Source: Chiloscyllium plagiosum
Lineage: Eukaryota
Assembly: GCF_004010195.1 (NCBI RefSeq)
Contig: NC_057719.1
Location: 29,364,822 to 29,428,821, forward strand
Length of the DNA: 64,000 nucleotides
Reading direction: 5' to 3'
Within the stretch, counting starts at the first letter, position 1. Every line of letters begins with the position of its first letter. Of the stretch, positions 51,841 to 62,953 are shown in pieces. Under the pieces are notes generated by a model, which worked only from the letters and a program-made list of their open reading frames with translations, was not told the DNA's origin and did not search any database. The translations under genes and the position numbers were made by a program.

Positions 51841-53029
51841 ATCCTCAAAGAACTCAATCAGGCTTGTGAGGCATGACCTGCCTCTCACAAAACCATGCTT
51901 ACTATCTTTAATCAAACTATATTTTCCCAAATAGTCATGAATCCTATCTCTCAGAATCCTTTTCTGTACCTTGCTTACCACAGACATAAAACTGACTGGT
52001 CTGTAATTCCCAGGGATTTCCCTATTCCCTTTCTTGAACAGAGGGACAATATTCGCCTCCCTCCACTCTTTTGATACTGCTGCCGTGTAGAGTGAGGGTG
52101 CAAAGATCATTGTCAGAGGCGCAGCAATCTCATTCCTTGTTTCCCATAGTAACCTTAGATATATCTGGTCCGACCCTGGGGACTTTTATGTCATGATGCT
52201 TCCCAGGATTTCCAGCACATCCACTTCCTCAATATCTGTTCAAGCCTATTAACCTGGTCCATGGTGTTCTCACTATCAACAAGGTCCCTCTCTCTCTATT
52301 GAATACTGAAGCAAAAAACTCATTTAGGGTGTCCCTTACCTCTTCAGACTCCATGCACAAGTTCTCTCCATTGTCCCTGCTTGGCCCTACTCTCTCTGTG
52401 ATCATTCTCTTATTCCTCACATAAGTGTAGAATGGTTTTGAGTTTTCCCTCATCCTTCCTGCCAAGGCTTTCTCATGACCCCTCCTACCTCTCCTCAGTC
52501 CATTTTTGAGTTCTTTCCTATCTACCCTGTAATCCTCTAAAGCTAGTCAGATCCTTGCTTCCTCAACCTTAAGTAAGCCTCCTTCTTCCTCTTGACGAGA
52601 AGCTCCTCTTCTCTTGTTATTCCAGGCCTCCTTTACCTTACATCCTTGCCTGTTTCAGTGAGACAGTTATCCAACACTCACAGTAAGTGCTCCTTAAATA
52701 GCCTCCACATTTGTGTTGTGCATTCCCCGTAAAACAATTGTTCCCAGTTTATACTCCACAGCTCCTGTTTAATAGCAGTGTAATTTCCTCTCCTTCAATT
52801 AAATACGTTCACATACTATCTGTTCCTATCTCTCTCCATGGCCATGGTAAAGGCGAGACTGTCACTGAAATGCTCTTCAACTGAGAGGTCTGTACATTCT
52901 CAAGTCACGTTTTAAGTCAGATTCTCAAAATAACTTCAGGGTTTCTAACAAAAAGGGAGTTCTTGGATTTACATATTAAGGAACTGAAACTAGCAAAACA
53001 ATTCTAAAAGACGAAAAACCTGAAAAACA

Positions 53030-53196
53030 ATCTAAGTTTGTTTAATATGTTTCAGCCGCGTGACATTGTAACCTTTGCGATAAATTCTGTCTTATGGTCC
53101 CGCTCCACAACCACCTGATGAAGAAGCAGCTTTTCGAAAGCTAGTGCTTCCAAATAAACCTGTTGGACTCTAACCTGGTGTCGTGTGATTTTTAAC
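53030..53196 (+). mobile_element. Family-B PLE terminus with hammerhead motif at 53112-53146
   Basis: CAC-CTGATGA-A-GAAG-CAGCT-TTTC-GAAA-GCTA-GTG, followed by the family-B end cctggtgtcgtgtgatttttaac. Confidence 0.8.
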
Positions 53197-53199
53197 GAT

Positions 53200-53930
53200 A
53201 TGGAATGTGAAAGTAACGCCACCGTGTTTGTGGTGCGATTGGCAAGATCACGACGAGAGAAATTATGTTTTCGCCGTAGCGAATGTTTGGCATTTGGAAT
53301 GCTGATTATATGCCGGACGGTGTGACGGAGACAGAAAGCGCTTCAGGGGGTTGGTACAGGGTTTGCACGTTCCCCTCCCCGGCAGAGATTAGACCCTGCA
53401 GGATGGGTCGAACGGGCACGTGCTGTCATCATCGCAGCCTCGAGCTTCCCGCAAGGTTTGAATTTCGCGGGCTGGAACCGGTGGATCAGGTCCCGGATGT
53501 AATGTTGATCGAACTGAAGGTGGGTCATTCCTGAGGCTCAGATATTAAAAATTGTTTACTCTCAGGTAGACAAAGACCGACAGCCTGAGTTTCGGAATTT
53601 CACGACTGAGAAAAATGCAAAGGCGACTTTCTTACTGAGACGAAAGCTTCATAAAAATTAGATAACAACTCGGTCGATAAAATTAGTTTGATTAGCTTCC
53701 AATCTGCCTATGATATTGGTGACCTTACCGCATTGGATTCTTAAACTTTCGTGCGCTTGCTCTAAACCCCACCTACTTTCAACACCCTCCTGACAAGCTA
53801 AACGTTTGGATAGGTATTTTAACATCTTGTTTTCTGCCTTGCTGTCAGATTTTGTTCGTTGACGTTGCCGTGAAGCGCCGAGGGACCTTCTGATAAGTTG
53901 AATGTATGATCTCAGCGTAAGTTGTTCTTT
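53200..53930 (+). promoter_or_regulatory. DHRS7: CpG-rich DHRS7 promoter region with probable non-coding first exon ending at 53916
   Basis: CpG-dense unique sequence with several CCAAT/ATTGG boxes (about 53238, 53699, 53715, 53732), a CACGTG near 53418, and a donor CAGC|gtaagt at 53917. Confidence 0.6.
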
Positions 53931-54344
53931 ATTTGAAATTTCTAGCGTTGTCGTACTTCAGGTTTTTTTTCTGTTGAATTGGCACATTCGTATAGAAAAC
54001 GATTGTACAAATTCATTACACGGTTTACTGCATTTTAAAAGCGCCAATTTGGAAACGATTGGATAAAGTTAGTAAACCACGTAACTCAATATTAACATTG
54101 GAAAACTTGATATTCAATTTAAGAATGTTGTCGCAAGCGTAATTATAATTCACAAATAGCAATCCGAACAGAGCAAAATATGTATAATACATAATATGTT
54201 TTGACTTCTGGCTTAAACTTAATTTGCTGAGGCGTGTTTATGCTTTATAGGTCACTAGTGAAGAAATGGGAATTAAGTTTACATGTTACGTTTTGATTAG
54301 TTCAATTCACATGGCTTTTCTTTATTTTATCAAACACTAGGACA

Positions 54345-54468
54345 ATGGATCTCTTATCATTACTGTATTACTGTCTAGTGATTTACGTGATCGTGCAGTT
54401 TATTCGGTTCTTGAGAGCTGATGGAGATTTGACATTGTTATGGTGTGAATGTTTTGGAAACAAGCCAG
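54345..54468 (+). CDS. DHRS7: DHRS7 coding exon 1: MDLLSLLYYCLVIYVIVQFIRFLRADGDLTLLWCECFGNKP (N-terminal membrane anchor)
   Basis: The RFLRADGDLTLLW motif is characteristic of DHRS7 (SDR34C1). Donor CCAG|gtacag. Confidence 0.93.
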
Positions 54469-54991
54469 GTACAGAGATTGTAATTTTACTTCTATGTTCA
54501 GTAATTAATCTACTTCAAATAATGTTGTAAAAATTAATCATTGCACCAATACAAACTCACTTCAGATTTCACTGAACTCTACCTTTATTGACAAATTAAA
54601 CTTTCTACCTTAAACTATGTCCCCAGCCTGAAAAAAAACTCTAAGTAACCATGCCCGTCATAATTCTGTAAACTTCTATCATTTCCCCATATTCTTTGAT
54701 GTTCAAGTGACATAATGAAAACATCCAAATCTAATACGTGGTTTATATTAATTGGCAAATTTCAGCTTAATAGCATTAGGAATTTTACAATGAACTCCGT
54801 TATCCTGGATTAAGTAGTTTGAAAATCCAGGAACGTTCCTGATACCATCTGGAGGGAAATCTAGTAACTGCAGTAACTCTCCATAGTTTCAACCCATATA
54901 AGGCACAATCTGTGAAGAAAAATCAAGTTCATCTGGCAATTCATAACATTAACATCAATTTTCATGTCATTCACAATCTTGGCATTTATAG

Positions 54992-55340
54992 CGTCATAGA
55001 GTCATAGAGATGTACAGCATGGAAACAGACCCTTCGGTCCAACCCATCCATGCCGACCAGATATCCCAGCCCAATGTAGTCCCACCTGCCAGCACCCAGC
55101 CCATATCCCTCCAAACCCTTCCTATTCATATACCAGGGAAAAAAGCCCCAGCCTGTTCAGCCTCTCCCTATAGCTCAAATCCTCCAACCCTGGCAACATC
55201 CTTGTAAATCTTTTCTGAACCCTTTCACAACATCTTTCAGATAGGAAGGAGACCAGAATTGCATGCAATATTCCAAAAGTGGCCTAACCAATGTCCTGTA
55301 CAGCTGCAACATGACCTCCCAACTCCTGTACTCAATACTT
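54992..55340 (-). mobile_element. CR1 (HER1-like) 3' end with internal deletion
   Basis: gtcatagagtcatagagatgtacagcatggaaacagacccttcggtccaac is the reverse of the 3' tail at 32140-32185. Confidence 0.88.
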
Positions 55341-56427
55341 ATATTGTCATTGTGCCCAACTCTCTGCTTTCAATCAAATAGTCCACTAACAATTACTGTC
55401 AAGTTTATTATGGCCCATGGCTAAGTTATCGGCTAAAGTTTGCCAGTCATCAAGCACCTATCTATTCTAATCCATTTTCTAGCACTTGGCCTGTAGCCTT
55501 GTATGCTATGATGTTTCACGTGCTTAACTAAATACCACTAAAATGCCTTGAGTGTTCCTACCACTCTTTTTAGGCAGAGTTTCCTGTATAAACCTGCAGC
55601 TCCTTACCTTAAGGCTATGTCTCCTGGTTGCTGACCCTTCTACTAAGGGTACATGAGGTTAACCATCCCCATGTTGTCCCTCATAGCTTTGTAAATCTCT
55701 CTTAAGTCTCCCTATATTATATTATATTCTATTCTTCATTCGCTATTCTAAGGAAAACCACCCCAGGCTATCTCGTCTCTTTCTTGGGCTGAATCTCTCC
55801 AGCTCAGTCTACATGTTGGTAAATAAAAATCGAAAGAACTGCAGATGCTGAAACTCTGAAACAAAGACAGAAATTGCTGGATAAGCTTCGCAAGACTGGC
55901 AGCAAATGTGGAGAGAAAGCAGAGTTAATATTTTGGATCTAGTGATCTTTTTTCAGAATAATTCATCCAGTGTATTCAAATCCCACAAGAGTCCCAAATC
56001 CTAGTTAATGCTATTATTGGCTAGTCACATTTCAAACTGAAATCTGGCTTGATAGATTTTTTAAAAATAAGTTAAGATGGTCTTTCACTGACACATAAGC
56101 CTGCAATAATGTAGATCTGGTTTTAACAAACAAACAGAAGTTTGTAAAAGAAAGGTTGACCAAGCTATTTACATATAACACAATTTGAAAGATTTTGAAT
56201 TACACAAAAATACAATCCCTTCTATCTCAGTATGGTAGAAAATCTCATTTTGTGCTAATGACATCTATAGCTTTTAACATGGCTGTTTCTTTTCAATTCC
56301 CAATTTAGCAATTTCTTTTCCTTGGTTAGTTCCACAACTAACTTACTTGACTTCAAGTAACCATTTCAGGATTTAACCAAAGACTTTTGATCTGGAACTT
56401 CCACACTGATTTTTTTTAACAGTGAAG

Positions 56428-56621
56428 TAAACCATTTCTTAACAATTCTAAACCATCTTCCTTTTTCAGGTTTGTGTGTGTTTCTTACATGTCTGTGCTG
56501 TTCCAGCAATAAAGTTTCAACTTTGATCTCCAGCATCTGCAGACCTCACTTTCTCCTAAACCATTTCTTAACAATTCTAAACCATCTTCCTTTTTCAGGT
56601 TTGTGTGTGTTTCTTACATGT
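56428..56621. repeat. 65-bp perfect direct duplication flanking a 64-bp family-A end fragment
   Basis: 56428-56492 is identical to 56557-56621. The insert ends gatctccagcatctgcagacctcactttctcc. Confidence 0.92.
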
Positions 56622-57408
56622 AACTTCCTTCAAGATATCTGTGAACTGAAAACAAAAACTTCCCCAGCAATGAGTTTACCCCTTAAGCCAAAAACAAATC
56701 CCTTACATTTCCAAACTGAAAACAAGCTCATGCACCTCTACTATTTTACTTTGTCTGCTTGTAAAACTGTCCCTATGCAAACAAATTACCATTATCACCC
56801 CTTTTACATTGGCTTTTAAATCTTCATAGCTCCCAAAGTACTGACAAGTTGTTCATTACACTACTCTTGTATATGCAGACCAAACCCCATGTGCCACTAG
56901 TTCAAAATCCAAATTCTCAAATAAATGATTGTTTATATTTATGTAAATGTGACACATTGCATCAAGGTAGTGGGATACTATTGCATGGAGGTGGATTTGG
57001 AAGGTGCTGCAGAAGGAGCCTTGGTGAGTTATTGCAGTGCATCTTGGAGATGGCACACGTTATTGCCATTATACATTGATGAAGGAAGTAAATGTAAATG
57101 GGTGGTGTGTCAATTGACCACACAGCTTTTTTTTCTGGATAGTGTTGAGCTTCTTGATTGGAGCTGCACTCCTCTAAGAAGCTCATCTTAGGTATGCAGA
57201 GATCTGTTGTGGTAGATGCCTACACAATTTTCCAATCTTGAGCATTTGTTTTACATCAACAAAAATGCAAGATCTAGGGGTCTTTATTTGAAATATTTCT
57301 GCTATCATTAAGACTCAACTTATTCATGAATGGAAATTAATAGTTTGTAAAGGTATTTTTGATAGTCAAGGAATAACATTTACAAGCTAGGTATTTAATA
57401 TTCAATAG

Positions 57409-57561
57409 AAGACAAACTCTACAAGAAAGTGGTATGGATAACGGGGGCCTCTTCTGGAATTGGAGAGGAGCTGGCATATCAACTAGCAAAATTAGGAGCT
57501 TTTTTGGTGCTATCTGCTAGGAGAGTTGCTGAACTGGAACGAGTTAAACAAAACTGCCTTG
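57409..57561 (+). CDS. DHRS7: DHRS7 coding exon 2 (153 nt): [51 protein letters not shown]
   Basis: Classical SDR Rossmann TGxxxGIG motif and SARR. Splice sites tag|AA and G|gtaagt. Confidence 0.96.
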
Positions 57562-57819
57562 GTAAGTAAAATATTTTTAATGATCGTATAGATTACTGGA
57601 AAAGTAAATTTAGTATGTAACTAAAGGAAATTAATTAGTTGTGCTGTTCACTATCCTTGGAGATTGAAACAGAGTTGAAGAGTTGTGAAATAATTTTAGC
57701 ACTATCAGCGTTTGTAACGGATGTAAGTAAAGTTTCTTCTTGTGAACTGCCTGAAATTATCTTTCTTTGCCTCAGTTGAAACGCTAGACTTTTTTTTTCA
57801 TTTTTCCTCTATTCATCAG

Positions 57820-57949
57820 TTCCTGATGAAGGGCTTATGCCCGACACGTCGACTCTCCTGCTCCTCAGATGCTGCCTGACCTGCTATGCTTTTCCAGCGC
57901 CATAGATTTCAATTCTGATCTCCAGCATCTGCAGTCCTCAGTTTCTCCT
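57820..57949 (+). mobile_element. Single family-A arm with a mutated hammerhead (GAAA to GACA)
   Basis: CTGATGAAGGGCTTATGCCCGACACGTC at 57823-57850. Confidence 0.85.
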
Positions 57950-59069
57950 TAAATCTTTCATGCCCAGGCGTCATTTACATGAAGAAAGCTGTCACCATCC
58001 TCTTGATCCAATTGTTAAGAAATAAAGAGCAGTATCACCCTTATCCAATTATCTCTGTCTGCATGGCTTCCAATGAGTATTATAGGTAATGTGCACTTCC
58101 CAGCAGTGATTTTGTTAGCAGCAATGCTGAGATCATCACTGTCAGTCTGCATGTAATTGGAGTTTCCTGCAGTGTGTTGCTCACCACTGTGCTCAGTGAT
58201 AAATGGCGTATGATAACCCATCAGTCGAGAAAGGGGTCAAAGTGACAGTATAGGTTTTCAGTTAGATGTACTTTCAACTACAAGATGGTTATATGATTGA
58301 ATAACATAATCATATGTATTAGTTTGAATATGATTGGATCATGCTGTTATGCGTACCACAATGGTATGTAGACTATTATTATTGTTAAGATAGATATTTG
58401 TATAAGTAAAAATGTAATGTTTTGGAAATTATCTGTAGAAATAGTTGGTCGGAAGCCTTATATGTAAAAATATAAGAGTTTTGGTTTTGTAATAAAGATT
58501 TTCAGCAATATGCCACTTTTTGATTTATTCATCTCTGATGCATGCGTGAATAAACTTTTAAGCAACCCGAGTCTTGTCTGGCCTAAGTGGGGAAAAAAGG
58601 TTTAATATCTCACTTACTAGGCTGATGTGGCTCAGATTAGCCATTACCTTTTGGGGTGGCTTGACATCAGGTGGGGATCTTAGACGAATGAGACCAATAA
58701 GATCTGAATTGGGGTCACTGAGCCAGGTTGGGGACCTGAAGTTTTACAAAGTTGGAGTTTGGCAGAACATGGGTGTGTATTAGAGGGACTTGGAAAAATC
58801 GAGTCTTCAGTCTGAGTAGGTCGCAAAAAGGCAGTCAATTCAGGTCATGAGCGTCCCAGAACAGGACGTTCCTTAGATAAAGTTAAACAGCCCCACAAAG
58901 AAGCAGATCATTCTCTGTTGAAATCTAGGATATTGGAATTAAAAGGGCAATTCTTCAAACAACAGGTATTGGTCATACTCCAGATGAGTGGAGACAAACA
59001 TCTGTATCATTACTATGTACTATAGCTGGTGTTTCTGGAATTTAGAATAATTTGTGTATCTCGCTCCTA

Positions 59070-60130
59070 TAAAGGAGTTGGGAGGTCATGTAGCTGCACA
59101 GGACATTGGTTAGGCCGCTTCTGGAATATTTTGTGAAATTCTGGTCTGCCTGCTTTAGGAGGGATGTTGTGAAACTTGAAAGGATTCAGAAAAGATTTAC
59201 AAGGACGTTGCCAGAGTTGGAGGGTTTGAGCTAAAGGGAGAGGCTGAATAGGCTGGGGCTATTTCCCTGGATCGTCGGAGGCTGAGGGGTGACCTTATAG
59301 AAGTTTATACAATCATGAAGGGCATGGATAGGATAAATAGACAAGGTCTTTTCCCTGGGGTGGGGGAGTCCAGAAAATTAGAGGGCATAGGTTTGGGGTG
59401 AGTGGGGAAAGATTTAAAAGGGACTTAAGGGACAACTTTTTCATATATGGAATGGTGCGTGTATGGAATTCTCCTGCTCTTTGGATGCTGCCTGACCTGC
59501 TGCACTTTTCCAGCAACACATTTTCAGCTTTATTTCAAGGGGGTTAGAGTATGAAAAATTGGGTTTTACTGCAACCGTACAAGTTGCTGGTGAGATACCG
59601 GTGTCCCGTGAACAGTATGTGTCCCCTTGTTCAGAAAATATATCATTTCATTGGCGGCCGTTTGGAGAATGTTCACCGAGGTTGATCCCCAATATGGGAG
59701 GGATTGTCTTTTGAGCAATAGTTATTAAAATTTAGAAGAATGAGAGCAAATTTCATTGAAACAAAGTTAAAAATCACACAACAAAGATGATAATCCAGCA
59801 CGTTTATTTGGAAGCACTAGCTTTAGGAGCGCTGCTCCTTCATCAGATACCTGATGAGGAGCAGCGCTCTGAAAGATAGTGCTTTCAAAGAAACCTGCTG
59901 GACTATAACCTAGTGTAGTATGATTTTTAACTTTGTTCACCTTCGTCCAACACCGGCTCCTCCACTTCATTGAAACAAGTAGGATTATTAAAGGGCTTGA
60001 CAGTATAAATGCTGAGAGGATCCATGGGAGATTCTAAGACAAGAGGATATCATCTCATAATTAAGGAGTGCCAATTTAAGACTGAGATGAGGACGAATTT
60101 CTTGAAGAATATGAGTCTTTGGAATCCCTT
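59070..60130 (+). mobile_element. Two CR1 3' fragments with a nested family-A piece (about 59468-59529) and a family-B palindrome
   Basis: RDVVKLERIQKRFTR.LP.LEGLS..ERLNRLGL remnants. Confidence 0.8.
59765..59965. mobile_element. Family-B palindromic PLE-terminus element, 13-bp target duplication
   Basis: TTCATTGAAACAA at 59752-59764 and 59966-59978. Back-to-back hammerhead-like motifs around 59848. Confidence 0.88.
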
Positions 60131-60659
60131 GCAACTGAGAACTGTGGGATCGGGTTAAGGTCTTAAGCCAACATAGAGCTTGCAAATGCAAGATAAAAAT
60201 ATTGGGAATTTAGAATTGCAGCTGTAAGACTGAGAATGTTTGTTTTGTTTCAAATCCAGACTTCCATTGTCAAATAAGAGATGATAAACTTTCGAGCTTG
60301 TCAGTTCTGATCAATGAGTTATAATCTGTTAATTGATTAAATGTAACTCTTTTCTTTTAGAATTGATGTAATCAACCTTATTATAAATTGTAGAAATTAA
60401 TGTGCTTCATGTTTTGGGCAAGGTATAAGAAACGTTAAACTGTTTTTAAGATTTCATGCAACATAATCAATCCAGAGAAAAACAAACTGTTAATGATGAA
60501 GTATCTGATTTTTTGCAGGAACTTTATCAATTAAGTGCTGGGATTAAGACATGAGTTCAAGACATCGACATCATTGAGTCCAGATTACATAAGCTTCCCT
60601 TTTCCTTTAACAAAGAAGCAAAGAATATTTATTTTTTCTTAAAAACTGTAATGCTAGAA

Positions 60660-60855
60660 GTCAGAAACAAAAAAAAATTGCTGGAAAAACTGCTGATCTG
60701 GCAACATCTGTAAAGAGAAAGCAGAGTTAAATCTTAGTGTCCAAATCTTCAGATTAGCTTTGAAGGGTCACTGGACCTGAAATAAATCTGCTTTCTCTCC
60801 ACATGTGCAGTCAGACTTGCTGACGTTTTTCCAGCAATTTCTGCTTTAGTTTTTG
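60660..60855. mobile_element. Old degenerate palindromic PLE terminus (third family; similar relics near 32900-33070 and 55825-55960)
   Basis: aattgctggaaaaac...gagaaagcagagtt versus tctgctttctc...gtttttccagcaatt. Confidence 0.6.
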
Positions 60856-62114
60856 AGCAAAGAATAGTTATTTTAGCAAACTAATAACACACCTGATGAA
60901 GAGAATGGACTCCTCAGTGACAATGTCAGCCAGTCAGACCTTAGTGGGTAGTGACTTTGGTCAGTGTCCATCACCCTGAAGAGCTAATTAGCGATGAATC
61001 ATGCAGTGCTTAAACTAATCAGTGTCATACTTGGTTTGGTCAATCAGAATGACTTATATAATTGATTATGCTATATGGAGCTTGGAAAGAATTAATAAAC
61101 AATGGCTTTTGGTGACTAAGCCCGTGGTGAGAGTTTGTGATCCTGCTTCTGCCTCAGAATGCGGGCCCCATTATTTGGCCTACTTGGATGTTTGCCAAGA
61201 GCCAATAGGCGGGACTGAAAGGGAAGGGGTAGGGGACGAAATTATAGGTTGTTTGGTATTTGTCAGTATGTGCCAAAAGACTAGGGTTTCTAAAATTTAC
61301 TAAAGGGTTAAATTCACCTTTCAAGTGTGAACAAGATCACCAAAAAGAAGTTGTAAGAGGGTACAAACTTCTGAGATACCACATTCCAGTGCTGCACTCA
61401 ATGGAACAATTAACCAGTGTCACAAAAACTATGGTCGACTGGTATGTGAGCTTTTGCAAGGAGTATAAATGAAACACTATACACTGTTGGAGCACTTTCA
61501 TTTTGTTATATTTTTACTTTTTGTTTCCATTTCCAATATTTTACTGTAAGATCCTCCAAATATTTAGATCTTAGAAATTCTTCATCTAGTAGGGGAATAT
61601 TCCAAGTATCATAAATTAATCAAACATCACTAAGACTGAAGATTTTAGATTGGAATTGCCCTCTTAGGTACACCACCCTCTTCTTGATCTGTGCTTTGCA
61701 AAGGACATTTTTTAAAATGTACAGTTTTACTTTGTAAATTAAGAAAATATTTAAATATAAATGCTCTACAGGAATGTTAAAAATGATTTCACGTGGATAT
61801 TGTTGTCAGTAAGGACTTAAATATTATCAAGTTGGCTGACCTTTGGAAACTGCTATCATGTTGTATATTTTACCATGAATATGGACTCTCTTATTTGGCT
61901 TTTGTGTCAATCATCAACAGTACTGTTCAATGTTCTACCCTTTGAACTTTCCAAATTTAGACTTGTTTCATGGCAATCCTGCAAATTTTGAATGAGACAA
62001 AGAGAAAAACCTATTTGACTATTGTGCCTGTCAGTGTTGCCTAATTAGTCACTTTCTTTTACTCCAGCTTATTTCTCATAGCTCTCTAAAACCCAGTTTT
62101 AGAAAAGTTTAGTA

Positions 62115-62336
62115 TCCTAACTCATATATTCAATGTTCTGACCAATGAAGGCAAGCTTGCCAAATGCCGTCTTCATTGCCCTGTTTATCTGCAACTCCAC
62201 TTTTGAGAAACTATATATCAGCACCCCTAGGTCTCTTTGTTCGACAACACTCCCCAGGGGCCTACCATTAACTGTAAATGTCCTGCCCTGGTTTGCCTTA
62301 CGTATGACCTCACATTTATCTAAATTAAACTCCATG
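62115..62336 (-). mobile_element. CR1 RT fragment
   Basis: ORF MEFNLDKCEV...NQGRTFTVNGRPLGSVVEQRDLGV. Confidence 0.85.
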
Positions 62337-62395
62337 GCCTACTCTTTACCAACTCGCCTGTCCTGCTGCTTTCAGAGGATTTGCATGCATGCACT

Positions 62396-62626
62396 CATAG
62401 TGATTGGAACGAGGTCAGCCAGATGGACCTCATAGAATCCAAAGTTCCCTATTTGGGGCTGTTAATCTGGACCAGTCAGGGAGTCCTGGCTGACCAGAAT
62501 CTCAGGAGTTCTGTTCACTCTAGGAGCCAGCTCTGAGCTGGCTGGATTAATGTCATGTACTATGCATGTGTGAAAAAAGAAAGGATGACTTGGTGATGGG
62601 ATACTAGATTTTGTGGAATTATTTCA
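62396..62626 (+). mobile_element. Possible short solo LTR (Gypsy-like)
   Basis: Resembles a shark LTR family as I recall it (agtgattggaacgaggtcagcc...ggaattatttca). Imperfect 5-bp flank GCACT/ACACT. Confidence 0.45.
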
Positions 62627-62953
62627 ACACTGTCTGGGTGTCCTAGGTTCTGACATCCCAAGGTATGACAGGAAAAATAATTTCACTGCAGAAATGCAAA
62701 ATATTCAAAACGATTACCTGCTAACTCTCCGGATAAGACTTTAAAATGGGGTAGAGTGTTTTGTGTCTCAAGTTTCAAGTTCAAATTTGTTATGTTTCAA
62801 ATTTTAATCATGGTATGATTTTTAGTTTAACTATTTATTAATAGCTATATTTTAGGCAAGGCTTTAAAAATGAAAACCAAAAGAATGAAATGATTTAGCA
62901 TAAAATATTCATTTGTTTTAGTATTCACTCAGTGAATATGACTTGTTTTGTAG

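Larger units (their letters stand above)
49229..52895 (-). mobile_element. Long CR1 LINE ORF2 copy, interrupted by family-A palindromes and a Penelope element
   Basis: ORF remnants WREANIVPLFKKGNREIPGNYRPVS...HGFVRGRSCLTSLIEFFED, LLQLYKSLVRPHLEYCIQF and RGRFFTQRVVGAWN, with stops and frameshifts. Confidence 0.95.

Noticed and set aside
53283..53534. 83-aa (+) and 61-aa (-) ORFs in the CpG island
   Set aside because: No recognisable homology; open frames are expected in GC-rich sequence.
58340..58870. Possible additional LTR-like segment in DHRS7 intron 2
   Set aside because: Composition is suggestive, but I could not define TG...CA termini or a target duplication.
17368..59881. Idea that sense-oriented intronic hammerheads were selectively inactivated (lesions near 17385, 29131, 57845, 59876)
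   Set aside because: Antisense and intergenic copies also carry lesions (17619, 43026). The sample is tiny and age alone could explain it.
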